In this document: positions 60,467 through 64,000 of the stretch, in pieces | Layout of the letters: each line of letters opens with the position of its first letter | Numbering within the stretch: position 1 is the stretch's first letter | Assembly: GCA_963835065.1 (NCBI GenBank) | Contig: CAWIEK010000003.1 | Coordinates: forward strand, 163,449 to 227,448 | Source of the DNA: an uncultured Chthonomonadaceae bacterium | GTDB lineage: Bacteria > Armatimonadota > Chthonomonadetes > Chthonomonadales > Chthonomonadaceae | Length of the DNA: 64,000 nucleotides | Direction of reading: 5' to 3' | Made by a program: the position numbers and the translations under genes | Notes under the pieces: model-generated | Databases searched by the model: none | The model's input: only the letters and a program-made list of their open reading frames with translations | What the model was told of the DNA's origin: nothing

Positions 60467-60585
60467 GGCAGGCATTAGGCATTAGGCATTAGGCATTAGG
60501 AAAGCCAATACGTGTTGTTCGTTCATCATGTCGTACAACGTCTCTGTGGATTTTCCTAATGCCTAATGCCTAATGCCTAATGCCT
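60467..60585. mobile_element. Fold-back element with (GGCATTA)4 arms, copy 2, inverted relative to copy 1
   Basis: Completes the TAG of the upstream b' gene and ends just before the atpF RBS. Confidence 0.85.
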
Positions 60586-61090
60586 ACGCAACGGGTGTAT
60601 TCTGCGCGATGCGCGTTTCGATAGCCTGGCGCAGCGCGGATTGGTCGCCGACGGAACCCAGCGCGCTGTGGGCGGCGTTAGCCGCAATGCCGACGAGACG
60701 CGGGCGCAAATCCTGCAAGGCTTGGATTTTCTCGGCCTGCATATCGGCAATGCCCTGTTTCAATGTGGCGTCGGCGTGGGCGCGGGCTTCCATCAGGATG
60801 CGCTCGCGCTCGGTTTGCGCTTCTTTAATCGCTGTCTGGATATGGGCGCGGGCTTCAGATTCGATCTGCGTGATGCGGGCCATGTAGTCGGCGCGCAGGC
60901 GTTCCATTTCACGCTCGGTTTCATCCACGCGCCGGTAAGCGTCGGCCTTCTCGCGGTCACGCCCTGCCAGATGCGCCATCATCGGCTTCCAGAACAGCGC
61001 GTTCATGGTGACGAGCAACGCCAGAAACAGCACCAACTGCAGAATGAAAATTTTAGGATCGAAGCGCAGGGCTTCTGTAATCGCTTGCAT
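60584..61090 (-). CDS. atpF: ATP synthase second b-type (b') subunit
   Basis: FILQLVLFLALLVTMNALFWKPMMAHLAGR followed by coiled coil. Confidence 0.88.
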   Translation of the reverse strand: MQAITEALRFDPKIFILQLVLFLALLVTMNALFWKPMMAHLAGRDREKADAYRRVDETEREMERLRADYMARITQIESEARAHIQTAIKEAQTERERILMEARAHADATLKQGIADMQAEKIQALQDLRPRLVGIAANAAHSALGSVGDQSALRQAIETRIAQNTPVA

Positions 61091-61112
61091 GCGTCTCCTT
61101 TGCCTCGGCTAG

Positions 61113-61174
61113 ACATTGCCTGCCGCAGTTGAGTATAGAACTACTTCTTTACTTTAACTGCGGCGCAGGCAATG
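61113..61174. promoter_or_regulatory. Stem-loop downstream of atpE
   Basis: CATTGCCTG-CCGCAGTT...AACTGCGGCGCAGGCAATG. Confidence 0.55.
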
Positions 61175-61203
61175 GTTCAAGCCGGGAAGAGGGGAGGTTG
61201 AGC

Positions 61204-61506
61204 CTACTGGGACGTGCCTGTTCTAACGGGCGTGCCGGACTGCGCGGACGCCACCTGCACAACCTGATCCATCGTGGGCATCTTGCCCAGGAGCAGGAAG
61301 AAAACCAGCAGGGTGAAGATAACCAGCGACTCGATAAACGCGAAGCTGAGGATCATCGCGATCTGAATGCGGCCCGTCTGCTCCGGCTGACGCGCCATGC
61401 TTTCCAGACCGGCGGCCGCCGCGCGGCCCTGTCCGGCAGCGGCGGAGAGAACGGCAACGGGAACACCGAAACCAAGAGCCAGCGCCAGCGCCATGAAGTA
61501 AACCAT
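61204..61506 (-). CDS. atpE: ATP synthase c subunit with a C-terminal extension
   Basis: GQGRAAAAGLESMARQPE..FAFIESLVIF. Confidence 0.95.
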   Translation of the reverse strand: MVYFMALALALGFGVPVAVLSAAAGQGRAAAAGLESMARQPEQTGRIQIAMILSFAFIESLVIFTLLVFFLLLGKMPTMDQVVQVASAQSGTPVRTGTSQ

Positions 61507-61594
61507 TTTGTTTGCTTCCTTTCCTGTCCTGCGGACAGCAATCAAGTGGGCGGGAAAGTGTCAAAACCCACTAAAACGAGAATGAAATTGAGTG

Positions 61595-62524
61595 TTACGC
61601 GCGGGGATAGGTGTATCCCGGCTCGTTTGAGTGACCGTGATGCCCGCCGTCTACCGCGCCTTCCTCGCCGTGCGGCCCCTCATGTTCGTGATGAGAAACC
61701 AGCGAGATATAGATGCACGTGAGCATCGAGAAAACCAACGCCTGTACGCCCGCCGTCAGCAGCGCCAGCAGCAGGACGGGGAACTGTACCGGGATCAGGC
61801 CGAAAAGAGCGTTACCCGTCAGCTGCAGGGCTAATCCGGTCAGAACGATGATGATTACGTCTTCGCCGAAGATGTTGCCGAACAAACGAATGGCAAGCGT
61901 AAACGGCTTGACGAACTCGGAAATCATTTCGATAAGAAACATCAGGGGCGAAAGCGCCGGCATCGGACCCGCGAAATGCTTCAGATGTCCGCCAAGTCCG
62001 TTTTGCCGCACCCCCTCATACTGCACATAGACGAACACGATCACGCCGAGCGCGAGTGTCAGCGACAGGTTGGAAGTGGGAGAGTGAAAACCGGGTATCA
62101 ATCCCCACAGGTTCGCCAGCAGAATGTACAGGAAAACCGTGCCGACAAGAGGCGTATACCTTTCGCCGCCCGGTCCAATAATCCCCACCGTGAGATTGGC
62201 GTTGACCGCCTCGACAATAAATTCTCCGATATTTTGCAGGCTCAGGCCGCGCGGTATCCGCTGCAAACTGCGCTTGGCAAGGAGCGCGAACGCCACCATC
62301 AGAAGCGCCACAAGGGCGGAGTTCCACAGCAGCAGAGCGGGATCGGGCAGTTCGCCGGCGGGCGGTTCGGCTTCTGTTTCCGTGCCCGTATGGGTTTCCG
62401 CGCGTCCGGTTGGCGCGTGGCGCGTTTCGGCCTGCGCAATCATAATGCGCTTCTGGCCGATAACGGGATACGTGTTGCGCGGAACGGCCTGCTGTTTCAG
62501 ATTAGCGTCATGCTGTGGAGGCAT
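61595..62524 (-). CDS. atpB: ATP synthase a subunit
   Basis: LQNIGE, LANLWGLIPG..PTSN, KPFTLAIRLFGNIFG, VQALVFSMLTCIY; His-rich tail. Confidence 0.96.
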   Translation of the reverse strand: MPPQHDANLKQQAVPRNTYPVIGQKRIMIAQAETRHAPTGRAETHTGTETEAEPPAGELPDPALLLWNSALVALLMVAFALLAKRSLQRIPRGLSLQNIGEFIVEAVNANLTVGIIGPGGERYTPLVGTVFLYILLANLWGLIPGFHSPTSNLSLTLALGVIVFVYVQYEGVRQNGLGGHLKHFAGPMPALSPLMFLIEMISEFVKPFTLAIRLFGNIFGEDVIIIVLTGLALQLTGNALFGLIPVQFPVLLLALLTAGVQALVFSMLTCIYISLVSHHEHEGPHGEEGAVDGGHHGHSNEPGYTYPRA

Positions 62525-62546
62525 ATATCCCTCTGTTTACCTTTTC

Positions 62547-63123
62547 TTATCCTTGTTCGCTTGCAAGTTGGGGCGAAACTTTGCGCAGGGGCTTGACGGT
62601 TTCCAGCGTTTGCGCCACATTCAATGCTGCCGTAGTTTCTCCCATGCTGCGCAATGGTCTTTTCTTTCGGTTCGTGGACGGGCAGCATGTCCATTAAAAG
62701 AGTATTCACGGCTTTGAGCGTAATCACCGCCGGGGTCAGGCAGATGCCGATGAAACATGCGAAAGCCGAAACGCCGGGCAGTCTGGTTGCCATATAAAGC
62801 GCCAGACAGAAAATCGGCAGCTTCATAAGCAATGCCACAACCAGCAGGGCGGACATGTGGCGCGGAGCGCCCGACCAGGTAAGAAACGGAACCGACAGCA
62901 TCAGCGTTATCAGGCTGAACAGCGATAAACACCCGCCGATGAGAAAGCCCCACGCCCAATTATAATGATGGCTCGCAAGGCACAGCAACAGAACCGCGAA
63001 GCCAAGCACAAAACTTGTTTTTACCGAACGGATGCAAATGGTACTATCCTGCGTCTTCGGCGCAACGGGCGTCTCGTTCGCAGCAGTTTGAGACTGCGTT
63101 TCGGACGTTGGCGTATTTAACAT
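62547..63123 (-). CDS. atpI: AtpI-like four-TM protein, probable +1 frameshift at about 62650 (uncorrected ORF ends at 62497)
   Basis: Four TM helices, AWGFLIGG..SLFSL; position upstream of atpB; an alternative frame ends LASEQG* just before the atpB RBS. Confidence 0.65.
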
Positions 63124-63194
63124 GAAATCCTCAATAGCAATCGGCCTGTATTATGACACAAAACGCTCCGATTGCGACATTGTTTGCAAAATGG

Positions 63195-63587
63195 TTATTT
63201 TTTCTTACCGGTGTTGTCCATCTGATTGAGAACTTTCAGCAGGCCGGTGACACCCACGACAAAGCCCAAGATAATGAACACAACCGTGATCATGCCGTTT
63301 TTGTGAAAACGTCCGTCCAAAAACCAGCCGAGCAGCGCAAGCACAATAATCGGCATAATGAACGACGAGGCCGCTTGATACGCAAGAGCGGAACCGCGTA
63401 TGTCTACCGCGTTGGCGGCTCCGGGTTTCGGCTTATCCGGGTGCGGCGGCAAATTCACCACAATCTTGGGCGGCTCCGGCACGTCATGCGGCAGTTGCGG
63501 CACGGCGGGAAACCGTTTCAGCAATGGGTCTGCGTCGTCTTCGTCCTGCGCTTGCCTGTTAGATGGGTTGTTCGGGTTGTCGGACAT
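63195..63587 (-). CDS. AtpZ/AtpI-family two-TM protein
   Basis: IIVLALLGWFLDGRF..ILGFVVG; first gene of the atp operon. Confidence 0.75.
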   Translation of the reverse strand: MSDNPNNPSNRQAQDEDDADPLLKRFPAVPQLPHDVPEPPKIVVNLPPHPDKPKPGAANAVDIRGSALAYQAASSFIMPIIVLALLGWFLDGRFHKNGMITVVFIILGFVVGVTGLLKVLNQMDNTGKKK

Positions 63588-63794
63588 AGTTCATTGTCGG
63601 AAAAGATTGTGCGAAATTTCACAACCTCTGCGCTAAGGTGGCATTGGACTGCTTTGAAACAGGCGTTATCGCCGCCGTTTGGTGTTCCCTGCCGCGCTTC
63701 GTACCTGTTCTAAAGCGGAAACAGATCACTTTACCCTCTCGCCGAACCTATTCACAACCCGGAAGGCAGGTACATTGTGAATTCTCTCACAGAT

Positions 63795-63824
63795 AGTATA
63801 ACACACGCGAACGAGCAGAGTCAA
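63795..63824 (-). promoter_or_regulatory. Likely atp operon promoter
   Basis: TTGACT-18 nt-TATACT with an extended TG. Confidence 0.6.
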
Positions 63825-64000
63825 CGCTGATTTTACCGTTTGCGCGGATTTTGAAAACTTTTTTGTTTTGTGCCCTATCTTACCCGAACTTCAGCCGTTT
63901 TGCTTGGGAAATGCCGCCCCTGCGCAGACTTTCAACATCCGCCTTGCAGCGGCACAGGACTGTCACGTAGACAGCCACGAGCCGCCCGCGACGGGCAGAG

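Noticed and set aside
63964..64000. Possible 3' end of a minus-strand gene (LPVAGGSWLST*)
   Set aside because: Too little sequence to call
1..64000. tRNA, rRNA, riboswitch or prophage
   Set aside because: None recognised by eye; a covariance-model scan would be needed to exclude small RNAs

Overview
GC-rich bacterial chromosomal window. The gene content (PEP-CTERM, prepilin/H-X9-DG, DUF1501, DUF1080, two ATP synthase b subunits) suggests Armatimonadota or a similar lineage; this is inference only. Housekeeping genes include tgt, queD, dapF, rnc, recQ, an mtnP-mtnA-apt salvage cluster and an interrupted F0F1 operon (atpZ-I-B-E-F'-F-H-x-A-x-x-x-G) with no beta or epsilon gene here. Accessory content includes an intein-containing Ycf46-like AAA ATPase, a cyclase-STAND-TPR protein, a dynamin-like GTPase, an Rhs remnant and an IS remnant. 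The most striking structure is a dense population of about 90-250 bp fold-back elements: about 13 paired elements plus several solo arms. Their arms are tandem arrays of different 7-9 nt units. They typically start at an upstream stop codon and end just before the next RBS, and the two arms of an element co-vary. In two cases an arm copies host coding sequence, and one element is present twice at 118/119 identity inside the ATP synthase operon. One family member encloses a GxxExxY PD-(D/E)xK nuclease gene, a candidate mobiliser. Four clear and one probable single-base +1 frameshifts look like consensus errors. No rRNA, tRNA or CRISPR array was recognised.
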